A stretch of 64,000 bases of DNA from Chiloscyllium plagiosum (GCF_004010195.1 NC_057749.1:12615180-12679179); one strand, 5' to 3'; counted from the first letter of the stretch, positions 26,526 to 39,589 are shown. Translations and numbers: made by a program. The notes: generated from the letters alone by a model not told the origin.

Positions 26526-28094
26526 AGGGTGCAATTACACCATGGTTTGTTTACAGAGCACGGTGGGCGTATTGGATGGGCGAGTACAGAGGGTGAACAT
26601 TCCCATCCCAGAAGGTGCCACACCAGACCCACCGAGCATGGTCTGTGCTCACTACCGAGTTCAGTGCAGTATTTGAGGTCTGAAGAAATGTCCAGCAATA
26701 CAGGACAAGCATCAATAACCTTCCCCGCTTTGTCAGGATAAGGGTCACCGTATTCTGTCTGCTCCCTCACAATCACTGCATATCTGTGATTGCAACTACC
26801 CCCGAACAAGGCTCATGGCCCCCACTCTCACTACTGCATGCAACACCTTCTCTCTCTCTCTCCTTTGCAATACCTCCCACACAGTCATAGAATATTCTGG
26901 AGAATGCCGATTATAGAATGTTCCAGATAATGTTCCAAATATTTCCCAGTTCCAGGAAAATGGTAGTGTGCCAGTGTGTAACACATAAGAGTTACTTGAC
27001 TCACCTTAATGATATTAAAACAAAAACAACTTCTAAACACGTCTCGTTATAAATACAATTTCGAGCAAAAAAACATTTTTACCCTCAGGTGTTATCTTGA
27101 CCGTTTTCTGAACTGTACCACTTTCCTTATTATACATGTTTCTCTTAAACTTTGTCTGTGAATGTTTCTGTCTGTAACAGTTACACAGTCTCCCACTCAG
27201 TTGGCAGGACAGCAGGTTTGTGATGTAGAGGCAGAGCAACAGCGCAGGTTCAGTTCCTCACACTGACAGAGATTACCATGAAGGGGACACTCTCTCAGCC
27301 TCACCCCATCACCCGAGATGTGGTGATCCTCAGGATAAACCACCATGAGTGGTCTTTCTAATGAGAGTTTTTTGGGACTGTATTCTATCAATTTTGTTAG
27401 CATTTTAATTTAAAAAAAAATTAAGAAGAGATTTTAGTATTATAATAAACCAATAAAAACACAACTCAAATAACTGAAAAAAATTACATCCAATTTCATG
27501 TACATACAAAACAAATTAAAACACTACACAGACAGAAGAAAAAACAAAACTAAACAAAAAATAATGAATAAATAATACAGCTCAGCATAACATAAGGACA
27601 GCTCTTTTTCATCAAGAGCATTAACTGATACACATTTTTATGTTCATAGTTCTTCCTCTCTGGGGGTAGGGTAGTTCAGACATCCAACGCAACAGAATAT
27701 TTTTCCTAGCACGGAAAGTACAGAATGATAGAATATAACATTTTTCCCATATTCATCTGGCGACCTTTAAGCGGCATTTGGATAGGTACATGGATGGGTA
27801 CTTAATCTAGGTTAGAAGTTCGGCACAACACCGTGGGCCGAAGGGCCTGTTCTGTGCTGTATTGTTCTATGTTCTATGTTCTAAAATAAAAAAATACTGT
27901 CTTTACATAGCAATGTCCACATCTCGCGAATAAACAACAAAAACTGCAAAACACTGCGCTCAAATTTTCTTTCCTAATGTCCCTCCCTACCAACACCACT
28001 ATTTCTTCCCCAACTTGGAATACAATTAATTTCAAATCATAAAAGTATTCCACGAAGTCCCCAGCATTACTCTGATAACTGTTTGTCATCTCAC

Positions 28095-28158
28095 CTTGTA
28101 CATACACGGCATATTCACACATCCCATGGGTCTCGTGCAGCTGTTCTTTGATTATTGC
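28095..28158 (-). CDS. BBS4: BBS4 coding exon (human exon 4 equivalent)
   Basis: AIIKEQLHETHGMCEYAVYVQ(A). 64 bp, ttccag acceptor, gtgag donor. Confidence 0.94.
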
Positions 28159-29052
28159 CTGGAAAACAATTCACAGAATTTGTTGATGCTTTCTTTAGAA
28201 CAATCCCATGATACAAGGGGACTCACTACTCCAGTAGCAAGATAAAATCATCACACCTGCACTCACCGGTGACTCATGGTGGAACACCTTTTTTTTTGCA
28301 CAGGTGAAAAAAAAAAGCACAACATCAACACCACATTAAACTCAGTAAATTCTTGCATCTTTGATGTTCACATCACCTGCTCACCATAACTAAGCCTGTC
28401 CCCAGATCCTTTGTACCTACCCCCTCCACCCCTTGTCAACATCCCTGGATCTCGCAGTTTCTATATCCTCATCCCCAACCACACCTCTCTGGATTCCCCA
28501 GCATCATCACCCCCACGATCCATGTCCCACCACCTTAGGTTCCCACCCTAAACTGTAGGTACTCCAACGTTACTTTGTTAAATGAGCTACATGTCTAAAA
28601 GTAGGGGGAAAGCATTTAAGGCAAGAGGGTGCAAGTTCAAAGGAGATGTGAGGGGCAAGTGTTTTTACACAGAGAGGGTAGGAATCTGGAATGTGCTGCC
28701 AGGGGTGGTGGTGGAGGCAAATACGATAGGGGCATTTAAGAGATCAGCACATGAATATGTAAGGAATGAAGCGATATGGACCAAGGGCAGGCAAAAACGA
28801 TTAGGTTAATTTGGTGTCATGGTCTGCTCAACATCATGGGTATAAGGGTCTGTTCCTGTGCTGTACAGTTCTATTTATCAATCAATCAGCTTGTTGCTGT
28901 GTGGGAGGCTGGAACCCTGTCACAGTTCAATAAAACTTTGTGCCTTAAGCATTGGTTCAGTTTTGTTCATGTAGAATTTTCCTCAAGCTAAGAGGTTTGA
29001 ATATATGAAGCAGCATAATTCTGTGTCAATGGCAGCAAACTTATATGCTCAC

Positions 29053-29132
29053 CTTACAGGTTTCATAGTCCTTTCTGATATAATGCAAATGTATCAGCCA
29101 GTTCCGTCTTTCGAAGATGGGAAGTTCTGGTA
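29053..29132 (-). CDS. BBS4: BBS4 coding exon (human exon 3 equivalent)
   Basis: (V)[26 protein letters not shown]. 80 bp, acag acceptor, gtgag donor. Confidence 0.94.
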
Positions 29133-30832
29133 CTGTACAGAGAAAAATTGGACAACAAGCAACATTCAGTGATCAACAACAAAGCAGCTTTCCATACATA
29201 TCCTCTCCCTTATGCATCATTGCTTATCTACCTTCTTGAACAACAATGCTTTCAGAGAAAAGAAGTCCAAGAAGAATTGAGAAACTCAATTCAATTGTGA
29301 ATACATAGCACAGAATGAAGATATTGAATCACATAGCTATAAAATTGTTTGCATAGTATATCAATATGGTGAAGCTAAAAGGCTGCTCCCACATACTGAC
29401 AGCATGATGCAGCTCATTTTTGTATAAATTATAGTCTTTACTAAAACATAAAACAAAGAAACTGCATGATAGATGTGTGTTCAGAAGCCTTCAAGGTGAA
29501 AATATTAAAGCTCAGTTCCTGGCAATGCACAAATACTGTGTCACCAAGACTATCTACTGCATGACCATCGGGACATATTAGCTTTTTTTTTTACTGGCTA
29601 CAAGGATCCTCGCTGAACTTCTTTTAGCCTTATAGTTCATGACAAAAAGTAATTGATTTGACTGTTCAAAGATGCTTTGAGGACAGTGAACACATTGCTG
29701 CAAGAGGTACACTGATTGTCAATTATTCAATGCAAAAGAGGTAAAGAACCAAAAACAAACTCACATTTGCATAAAATGTTCACATTTTCCAGTGCCAAAA
29801 GAGAGAAACGAGTTAGTGACTAGATTATTTGATTTGATTGAGTTGCTGAAGGATAAAATGCCGGTTTCCTTGCACTTTTCAAACAGTATCATTGCACTTT
29901 TAAATTCATTCAAGAGAATGCTCTGGTTTTAGTTTTAAAAATGTACTTTTCACCAAACTAAATCATTTATGGTCCCACCTACCTAGCTTATCATGAAATA
30001 ATAATTTGGCCATCTCAAAACTATTTAGTTGGGAATGAGATGAAATGGAGTTTCATTTTTGGAATAGAATAAAGGCCACTATTTCAAACTATATAGCAGG
30101 AACTAAGTGCCAACACTTGCTACCTTTGCAACTCACTAATGATGGAGGTTTAAAAAGGTCTTGATTATATGCTTTCAGATATCTGTAGGAGGACACTGTA
30201 CTAACTATGTAACCACGGCTTAATTTCCAACATCACAGGGTAAGCAAGAAAAAAAATTATCAGAAATTGCTGCTTTTTTTCAGTTATTTAAAAAGCACAG
30301 AATATATTTCGCAACTAATGCATTTTCTCTGAGCAGATAAGCCAGAAAGAACACAGGTTAAATTCAATGTCTCTGCTGAATTAGTTGATATTTGTCTCAG
30401 CAATAGTAATGATCAGTCAATAACTCCTGAGGTTTCTCTTCACTCTCTTAGTGATAAATTAAATTAACATTCAAACCTGATAGACTAGTTTGTCCTCTCA
30501 ACTTGCAATTATTAGCAGGTAGCCTCATCAGTTAGGAAAGGAAATTTACCAGCATTCCCATTTCTGATTACTATCTAGTTATCCTAATTAGTGAAGGCAT
30601 GATTTCACTGGCTATTACAATACACCTTAAAAATAATTCTAAAATTATTTAATTTCAAAATACAAATCTGAAGAATGATCACTTGGTTAAAGTGGCAGAG
30701 GGCTTGCACACACATGCAGAGTTGTAGTCCATCATAAATCATTAATTTTAGGGCAAAAAGGGGAAAAAAAAAATCAAGGGGCACAGACCCATAAGCTGTC
30801 TTTCAAACTTGACATACACTCCATCACATACG

Positions 30833-31148
30833 CACGGTGGCACAGTGGTTAGCACTGCTGCCTCGCAGCGCCAGAGACCCGGGTTCAATTCCCGCCTCAG
30901 GCGACTGACTGTGTGGAGTTTGCACGTTCTCCCCGTGTCTGCGTGGGTTTCCTCCGGGTGCTCCGGTTTCCTCCCACAGTCCAAAGATGTGCAGGTCAGG
31001 TGAATTGGCCATGCTAAATTGCCCATAGTGTTAGGTAAGGGGTAAACGTAGGGGTATGGGTGGGTTACGCTTCGGCGGGTCGGTGTGGACTTGTTGGGCC
31101 GAAGGGCCTGTTTCCACACTGTAAAGTAATCTAATCTAATCTAATCTA
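30833..31148 (+). mobile_element. HE1-type V-SINE
   Basis: tRNA head, V-domain GTGTGGAGTTTGCACGTTCTCCCCGTG and (CTAAT)n tail. Possible ACATAC TSD. Confidence 0.9.
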
Positions 31149-31220
31149 ACATACCTACAAATTTTAAGTAATCATGTACAATTACCAACATGAAAGAAAA
31201 AAAAAGTCCTAACTGCTTAC

Positions 31221-31263
31221 CTTTCCTTGATTGTGATTTTCGAACATCAGTACATTGTACGAT
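31221..31263 (-). CDS. BBS4: Probable BBS4 exon 2 (poorly conserved N-terminus)
   Basis: Strong polypyrimidine/ttttttcag acceptor and G|gtaag donor. IVQCTDVRKSQSRK(V) is phase-compatible with the next exon and resembles human ...STESQKPRQKK. Confidence 0.75.
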
Positions 31264-32474
31264 CTGAAAAAAGACCAGAAACTCAGAAAGCAAACTACAA
31301 AATTCTACTTTCCATATCATCAAACAAATAAAGATTCAATCAAGTGAGGCAAAATTATTACCGTGTCATTTTTACTCAGTTCCTTTCTAAACTGTGTTCA
31401 TCAATGTGAGATAAGCCAAAAGAATACTGTACAAGTGAGGCAACCAATGTTCCCATCAAATATTCCCAAGGCAGGTGCAACATACCGTTCCATTTAGAGT
31501 AAAGCTCGGTCTACTCTTAAAACTGATAGTTTAAAAGACCAAGAGAGAGTTTTACTAAAAGTAAAGTTTTCTCACTACTGTCCCCATCAAACACTCCGAG
31601 GACAGGTACAGTAATGGATTAGATAGAGTAAAGCTTCCTCTTTCCAATTGATGCAAAAAAAATCTATGTAGCATTTTTTTTCTTCCTGTTTCATTAAGAT
31701 AGGTTTCTACAGTTGTTTCATGTCCAATTTGGCACTGAACTTAGAGGAAGAAGCATCATTCACATTCAGCATAAACCTGAGACTGAATTTGAACTGCTGT
31801 TCCACTGTCTTCGTTAACTTCATAGAGTCATGTTAAATGACTACATGCAACAATGTCTTCATTGCTGTATGTAGTCTACAACTACATCTAGAGCAGCACT
31901 ACAAGAAGGCACAGCCACACCCCAAGTGGTGCTGTACAAGGGGACAGCCATACCAAGTAGAACGGCATGGAGCAAGCCACACTTACACCCAAAGAATAGC
32001 CATAAGATATACTCTTTGAACATGTTTTTAATATATTTCTGTTACTCACCAATTCTTTCCCCAAATCCGACATTTTCCCATGAGCAAAGATGGAAGCAGC
32101 TAATGAATGCAGATAAACACAATTTGCAGGTTTTCAGTCAGAAATAAGTCTCTTCATACAAAAATAAATTGACATTCAGAAGCCCAGTACAGAGAGAACT
32201 TGGGTTTTGACCAACTCTAATCCCTGCTTCCCTCCTCTGCAAGATTTTCAAGTTAGCAACAAATAACGAGAGCTGACATGAAGAAAGCTTTTATGCGAAA
32301 ATTACTCCATGATCACATGATATATAGAATGTCAAATTTCAAAGTAAGTTTCAAACAATTTATACTACATAAGAAAAAAGTGCTGATTGGTTAGTATTTC
32401 CCAAACAGAAATTCACCAAGACTCCTTAAATAGTACCTTCCAAACCCACAATCACTCAGTTTAGAAGGAGAAAT

Positions 32475-32550
32475 TGCACAACACCAGATTATAGTTCAAC
32501 TGGTTTATTTGGAAGTACTAGCTTTTGCAGCATTGCTCCTTCATCAGGTA
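32475..32550 (-). mobile_element. Penelope-like terminal remnant (family C) with degenerate hammerhead
   Basis: Minus strand reads CTGATGA-A-GGAGC-AAT-GCTGC-AAAA-GCTA. Confidence 0.45.
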
Positions 32551-32845
32551 GGGGCGTCGCAGTGGCTCATTGGTTAGCACTGTTGCCTAGAGTGCTGGGA
32601 CCCAGGTTTGATTTCAATCTCAGGCAATTATCTGTGTAGATTTTGCATATTCTCCCCATATCTGTGGGGATTTATTCCCATACTCCAAGATGCGCAGGTT
32701 AGCTAAATTGCCCATTTTGTTCAGGAACGTGTAGGTTAGGTGCATTAGTCAGAGGTAAATATAGGGTAGAGGAATGGGTCTGGGTGGGATACTCTTCACA
32801 GGATCGGTGTGGACTTGTTGGGCTGAGGGGCTGTCGGGATTCTAT
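32551..32845 (+). mobile_element. Older, diverged HE1-type V-SINE
   Basis: Colinear similarity to the copy at 30833, with many substitutions and deletions. Confidence 0.8.
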
Positions 32846-33179
32846 GACTGTAGCTGACAAGTGCTGTGAATAAATGGGAACATGACCACCTCCATGTTCT
32901 TCTCCAATCCACTCACCATCCTGCCTTGGAAATATATTGCCATTCTCTCACCACTGCTGAGTCAAAATTCAAGAACTTTCTTACTTATAAAATTGTGGCT
33001 ATACATACACCAAATAGTTCAAGGTGGCTACTTGCAAACCTTATCAAGGACAATTAAGGATGAATAATAAATGCTGACACAGCCAGAAACACCCACATCC
33101 CATGAATGAAAAGTCACAACCAGAGTTTACATGCCAAACCATCTGTATTCTTTCTCTTATTCAATATAATTTTTTCTTA

Positions 33180-33540
33180 AGAGTCATAGAGATGTACAGC
33201 ACTGAAACAGACCCTTCAATCCAACCGTCCATACCGACCAGATATCCCAACCCAATCTAGTCCCACCTGCCATCATCTGGCCCATATCCCTCCAAACCCT
33301 TCCTATTCATATATCCATCCAGATGCCTTTTAAATGTTGCAATTGTACCAGCCTCCACCACTTCCTCTGGCAGCTCATTCCATATACATACCACCCTCTG
33401 AGTGAAAACATTGCCCCTTAGGTCTCTTTTATATCTTTCCACTTTCACCCTAAACCTATGCCCTCTAGTTCTGGACTCCCCCACCCCAGGGAAAAGACCT
33501 TGCTATTTATCCTATCCATGCCCCTCATGATTTTGTAAAC
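33180..33540 (-). mobile_element. CR1 3' end
   Basis: TRGHRFRVKVERYKRDLRGNVFTQRVVCIWNELP. Similar to 13228-13560. Confidence 0.85.
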
Positions 33541-35788
33541 TTCCTTTTGAAATTTAATATTCTTGCAATTCTGTCCTGCTGATTGCAAGATGAAAAGTTT
33601 CACCTGTATGTTTCTTTTTCTCAGCAATATCCAGGTTCTATATTACAAAGTACAAGCAAATAATGTTTGAAATACTACAAAGGATCTTTGGGGGAATGCT
33701 TCCTGTCTATATACCACACTGCTGATGACAGTGGTGCTTTTTAGCCAATATCTCTGATCAGAAATTATTACATTAACATTCCCCATTTGATTGTTAAAGG
33801 AATAGACATAGTGTAGCTCAGTCTAAGGTAAGTCTGTGGAAAAGTTTCTGAACATAGACGGGAATCTACGCCCATCAGTTCATATTTTCATTCAATAGTG
33901 AACTAGCAATCCTAAAATTAAAACGGCACTCTTAAAAATATAACTACTTATCCAAATTAGCTGACCAATTTTAATTTTTTTAATGAATCATGCAGGAACT
34001 GTTAATATTCAGCCAATGCCTAATCAAAAATCTCCAATGACAAAGCAGTGGAAGGGCTTACAGAAAAAGTAACTGAGCCAAACTGACCGGTAAAGTACCA
34101 CATTTTATTTCTATTCTGCACAGCTGACCCAAGGCACAACAGTAGTCAGAATGTTTGCAGAGGCATTAAGATGGTTGGACCAAGGAGGAAATGTCAACCA
34201 GCGTTTCCACTCCTCGTCACTATTCAGTAGTCTCAAGCTGGGATATCTGGACTTTGGGTGAGGACAGCACTGAGGTTTAATTGAGCTCACCTGAATTAAC
34301 AATTACTGAATCATCAAACATAAACAGTGTCTTTGTTGTGGATATGTTTGCTGAGCTGGGAATTTGGTTTGCCCCTCAAATCAGCAGAATGTTGATATTT
34401 GGAACTCTCTTCCACATATGACAGTGGAACCACCCACCTTTTTGAAAAAGCAGCAGACCACAATTGAGGGCTGATGACAAACTAAAGCCTGCCCTAAACG
34501 TTCTTTTGGCCTGTCAGTTAGCAACAAGCAGGTTTTGCCCTCTTGACTCTGAGTTAGAAGGCTATGGGTTCAAGAACTGCCTTCAACACACTTTAGTCTA
34601 GATTACATAATAAAGGGTCAGTACACAGTTTGATAATGTGCCAAACACCAGGCTACTTAAAAAGATAAGGGTCCATGGTGTTAGGGACAATGTATCAGCA
34701 AAGTCAAAAGATTGGCCAACATACAGAAGAGTTGGGATAAGGGTGGCATTTTCGGGATGGCAATGAGTGGAATACCACAGCAATCGATGTCCGGACCATA
34801 ATTATTTACAATCTATATTAATAACTTGTTTAAGGAAAGTAAACAAGCTATTGCAATTTTCCACATTACAGGAAGGCAATGACACAAAGAGTCTGCAAAG
34901 GAATATGAACACATTATGTGAGTGGGCAAAAGTTTGGCTGATAGAATGTCATGAGGGAAAATGTGAGGTTTTGTACTCTGGCAGGAAGAATAGAAAAGCT
35001 CAGTATTATTTAAATGGAGAAACACCGCAGAACGTTGAAGCACAAAGAAATTTGGAAGTCATCTTGCATAGATCATCAAAATGCTGGCTTCCAAGTTCAG
35101 AGAACTCCGACCACAATGCCGTGCTTCTTCTCCCGGCTTACAGGCAAAAGCTCAAGCAGGAGACCCCATTGCAGATACAGGTCCAGTGCTAAAAACCAGG
35201 TGTGAGGCCTTCAGATCAGGAGACCCACTCAAATATAAGGAATCTAAGTATCACCTTCACAGAGCCATTAAAACAGCCAAGGACTAATACTGATCCAAAC
35301 TAGAGACCCAGACAGACACCTGGCGACTATTGGCAAGGACTGAATGACATCACAGGTTCTAAAAAGAGACAGTGCAAGATAGCAGACGATGACATATCCC
35401 TCCCAGATCGTCTCAACACCTTCTATGCTCCCTTTGAGCAGAATTGCAGTGGAGAGGTAATACCTATTCCGACGAGTTCTGACGAACCTATCCCAGCAGT
35501 CACTACATCAGAGGTCAGATCAGTTTTACTTCATGTGAATCCAAGGAAAGCGATGGGACCAGATGGAGTACCAGGCCACGCACTCAAAGTATGTGCAGAT
35601 AAACTGACAGAGGTCTTCTTGGACATCTTCAACCTCTCCCTGCAGCAGGCCACTGGCCCTGCCTGTTTCAAGATGTTTCAAGAGGGCCAACATCATCCCT
35701 GTGCCTAAGAAGGCTCATGCAGCATGTCTCAATGGCTACTACCCAATGGCCCTAACTTCAGTGGTCATGAAGTGCTTTGAAAGGCTGG

Positions 35789-36015
35789 ATTAGAGTGGTG
35801 CTGGAAAAGCACAGCAGTTCAGGCAGCATCCAAGGAGCAGGAAAATCGACGTTTCGGGCAAAAGCCCTTCATCAGGAATACAGGCAGAGTGCCTGAAGGG
35901 TGGAGGAGAGATAAATGAGATGAGGGTCGATTGAATGCTGCCTGAACTGCTGTGCTTTTCCAGCACCACTCTAATCCAGAATCTGGTTTCCAGCATCTGC
36001 AATCATTGTTTTTAC
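35789..36015. mobile_element. Palindromic Penelope-like terminal remnant (family A) nested in Rex1
   Basis: ~40-bp inverted arms. Direct repeat TGCTTTGAAAGGCTGG at 35773-35788 and 36016-36031. Confidence 0.7.
35848..35875 (-). ncRNA. Minimal hammerhead ribozyme core
   Basis: Reverse complement is CTGATGAAGGGCTTTTGCCCGAAACGTC, identical to 205-232. Confidence 0.6.
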
Positions 36016-37133
36016 TGCTTTGAAAGGCTGGTCATGGCATTAATCAACCCCAGCCTCCCCCACTCCTCTTGACCCACTCCATTTTACCTATCAGACCAAC
36101 AGATCCACATCAGATGCCATATCACTTGTCTTTCACTTTTCCCGAGAACATCTTGACACCAAGATAGCTATGTAAGAACCCTACTCCTTGACTACAGTTC
36201 AGCCTTCAACATTATTATCCCCTTGAGACTGATTACTAAACTAAGTGATCTCGGACTAAGCCCCACTATCTGCAACTGGATCCTCAGTTTCCCGATCCAC
36301 AGGCCACAATCAGTGAAGACTGGGGACAATATTTCATCCTCACTAACACTCAGCACTGGAGCCCCCCAGGGGTGCGTACTCAGCTCCCTACTGTACTCAC
36401 CGTATACCTATGTCTCATCACCAAATACCAGACTAATGCCATTTACAAGTTTGCTGATGACACCACCATAATCGGTCGAATCTCAGATGGCAATGAAACA
36501 AGACTACAGATGAGAGGTGGAAGGCCTGGAAAAATGGTGCACTGTGAACAACCTAGCTGTCAATGCCAGCAAAACGAAGGGTGCACTGTGAACAACCTAG
36601 CTGTCAATGCCAGCAAAACGAAGGAACTCATTATTGACTTTCAGCAGGATGTTACTAATGCCCCCCTACACATTAACAGCACAGAGATGGAACGAGTGCA
36701 GAGTGTCAAGCTCCTGGGAGTGGTCATCCACAACAAGCTTTCTTGGACTCTTCATGTGGACGCACTGGTTACAAAGGCCCAACAACGTCTCTTCTTCCTC
36801 AGGCAGCTGAGGAAATTTGGCATGATGGCGAATACCCTTGCCAACGTTTATAGGTGCGCCATCGAGAGCATTCTGTCTGGATGTATCACTACCTGGTAGG
36901 GCAACTGTACCATTCAAGATTGGAGACGGTTACAGAGTAGTGAACTTAGCCCGGACAATCACAAAGGCCAACTCCCATCTATAAAATCCAGGTCCGCTGT
37001 TAAAAGACCGCCAGCATTCTTAAAGATCCATCCCACCCTGGCAATGTTTTTCTACAACCTCTACCATCAGGGAGAAGGTACAGAAGCCTGAACACACACA
37101 CCAGCCAGTTTTGTAACAGTTTCTACCCTACTG

Positions 37134-37407
37134 TTTAGATTAGATTAGATTACTTACAGTGTGGAAACAGGCCCTTCGGCCCAACAAGTCCACGCCGACC
37201 CGCCAAAGCGCAACCCACTCATACCCCTTTAACCTAACACTACGGGCAATTTAGCATGGCCAGGAAACCGGAGCGCCCGGAGGAAACCCACGCAGACACG
37301 GGGAGAACGTGCAAACTCCACACAGTCGGTCGCCTGAGTCAGGAATTGAACCCGGGTCTCTGGCGCTGTGAGGCAGCAGTGCTAACCACTGTGCCACCGT
37401 GCCGCCC
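37134..37407 (-). mobile_element. HE1-type V-SINE with internal deletion, nested in Rex1
   Basis: Matches 8108-8425 but lacks part of the V-domain. Confidence 0.88.
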
Positions 37408-38186
37408 ACGGTTAGAGCACTGAATGGAGTCACAAACTCTTGGCATTTGCCTGTACCTGTGTTTTTGTTTTTAACCGCTGTTTACCTATTATTTACTATC
37501 TATGCAACTTAACATTGTGATCTGCCTGTATTGCTCGCAAGACAAAGCTTTTCACTGTGCTTCGGTACACGTGACAATAAATTCAATTCAAATTCAATTC
37601 AATTCAAGAGGTAAAGCAAAATGGACACTAGGCGTTATTTCAAAGGGAATGGAGTATAAAATTTGAAAGTCTTGCAAAAACCATACCAGGCACTTGTCAG
37701 GCCACATCTGGAATAATGTGATCAGTTTTGGTCCACTTATCAAAGGAAAATACACTGGCATAGAAGGCAGTTTAGAGAATATTTACCAGGCTGATGATGG
37801 GTATTGAGAGACTGTTTTTATGAGGAGAGGTTGAGTAGGTTGCCTTTGTACTCATTAGAATTCAGAAGAATAAGGCAACCTTATTAATGAAACATTCCGA
37901 AAGACTCGAGAACCGGAGAGCATATTCTCAGAATAAAAGGTCACACAGTTAAGGCAGACATGAGACAGAATTTCTTCTGAGAGGAATGAAACTGCTGCGT
38001 TCTTTAGTGCAGGGGACTATAGAATCTGAGAGCTTAAGTATATTCAAAGCAACGATGGACTATTTGAATCAAGAGTTAGGGGAAAGGGCAAGTAAGTGGA
38101 ACTGAGAATCATGACAGCAGCCATAATCTCACTGAATGGCACTGCAGACTAGATGGGGCTAAATGGCCCACTTCTGGTCCTATGCT

Positions 38187-39532
38187 GCACCGTCGAAGCG
38201 CCACACTGTTGTGAGGATCGCGCCAAGGGAATACCGCACTGTCGGAGAGGGTCAGCGCCGAGGGAGCGCCGCACTGTCGGAGAGGGTCGGTGCCCAGGGA
38301 GCGCCACACTGTCAGAGGGTTAGTGCCGAGGGAGTGCCACACTGTCGGAGAGGGTCAGCGCTGCCGGAGGGTCAGTGCTGTGGGAGTGGGCACTATCAGA
38401 GAGTCAGTGCTGAGGGAGTGGGCATTGTCAGAGGGTCAGTGCTGAGGAAGTGGACACTGTCGGAGGGTCAGTGCTGAGGGAGTGGACACTGTCGGAGGGT
38501 CAGTGCTGAGGGAGTGGACACTGTCGGAGGGTCAGTACTGAGGGAGCGCTGCACTGTCGGAGGGTCAGTGCCGAGGGAGTGCCACACTGTCGGAGAGGGT
38601 CAGCGCTGAGAGAGTGCAGCAATGTCGGAGGGTCAGTGCTGAGGGTGTGCCGCACTGTCAGAGGGTCAGTGCTGAGGGAGTGGGCACTGTCGGGGGGTCA
38701 GTGCTGAAGGAGTGAGTACTGTCGGGGGGTCAGTGCTGAGGGAGCACCGCACTGTCAGAGGGTCAGTGCCGAAGGAGTGCCACACTGTCGGAGAGGGTCA
38801 GTGCTGAGAGAGTGGACCCTGTCAAAGGGTCAGTGCTGAGGGAGCGCCGCACTGTCGGAGGGTCAGTGCTGAGGGTGCGCCGCACTGTCGGAGAGTCAGT
38901 GCTGAGGGAGCGCCGCACTGTCGGAGGGTCAGTGCTGAGGGAGCGCCGCACTGTCGGAGGGTCAGTGCTGAGGGAGTGGGCACTGTCGGAGGGTCAGTGC
39001 TGAGGGAGTGGGCACTGTCGGAGGGTCAGTGCTGAGGGAGTGCCACACTGTCGGAGGGTCAGTGCTGAGGCATTGCCGCACTGTCGGAGGGTCAGCGCTG
39101 AGAGAGTGCAGCACTGTCGGAGAGGGTCAGCGCTGAGAGAGTGGACGCTGTCAGAGGGTCAGTGCTGAGGGAGTGGGCACTGTCGGAGGGTCAGTGCTGA
39201 GGGAGCGCCGCACGATCGGAGGGTCAGTGCTGAGGGAGCACCGCACTGTCAGAGGGTCAGTGCTGAGGGAGTGGGCACTGTCGGGGTGTCAGTGCTGTAG
39301 GAGTGAGTACTGTCGGGGGGTCAGTGCTGAGGGAGCAGCGCACTGTCAGAGGGTCAGTGCCGAAGGAGTGCCACACTGTCGGAGAGGGTCAGTGCTGAGA
39401 GAGTGGACCCTGTCAAAGGGTCAGTGCTGAGGGAGCGCCGCACTGTCGGAGGGTCAGTGCTGAGGGAGCGCCGCACTGTCGGAGGGTCAGTGCTGAGGGA
39501 GTGCTGCACTGTCGGAGGGTCAGTGCTGAGAG
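38187..39532. repeat. 32-33 bp minisatellite, roughly 40 units
   Basis: Unit GAGGGTCAGTGCTGAGGGAG(CGCC/TGG/TGCC)GCACTGTCG. Higher-order blocks recur (38757-38855 resembles 39349-39447). Confidence 0.97.
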
Positions 39533-39589
39533 TGATATTTATGGGTCAAGCCCACACTCTGGGGTCGGTATAAAAGCAGCAGATACTGT

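Larger units (their letters stand above)
35073..37605 (+). mobile_element. Rex1/Babar-clade LINE, 5'-truncated and decayed
   Basis: [55 protein letters not shown] and YRCAIESILSGCITTW. AATAAA followed by an (ATTCA)n tail. Confidence 0.88.
34628..38186 (+). mobile_element. 5'-truncated CR1 LINE split by a Rex1 insertion (parts 34628-35072 and 37606-38186)
   Basis: RT sequence stops at ~35072 and resumes at ~37606, then runs on to a CR1 3' end. Confidence 0.8.

Noticed and set aside
30833..30905. tRNA gene
   Set aside because: A/B boxes are present but continue into the V-domain and LINE tail. It is a SINE head, not a cloverleaf tRNA.
38187..39532. CRISPR-like array (32-33 bp repeats with internal palindrome)
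   Set aside because: Units are contiguous with no unique spacers, there are no cas genes, and the context is a vertebrate intron. It is a minisatellite.
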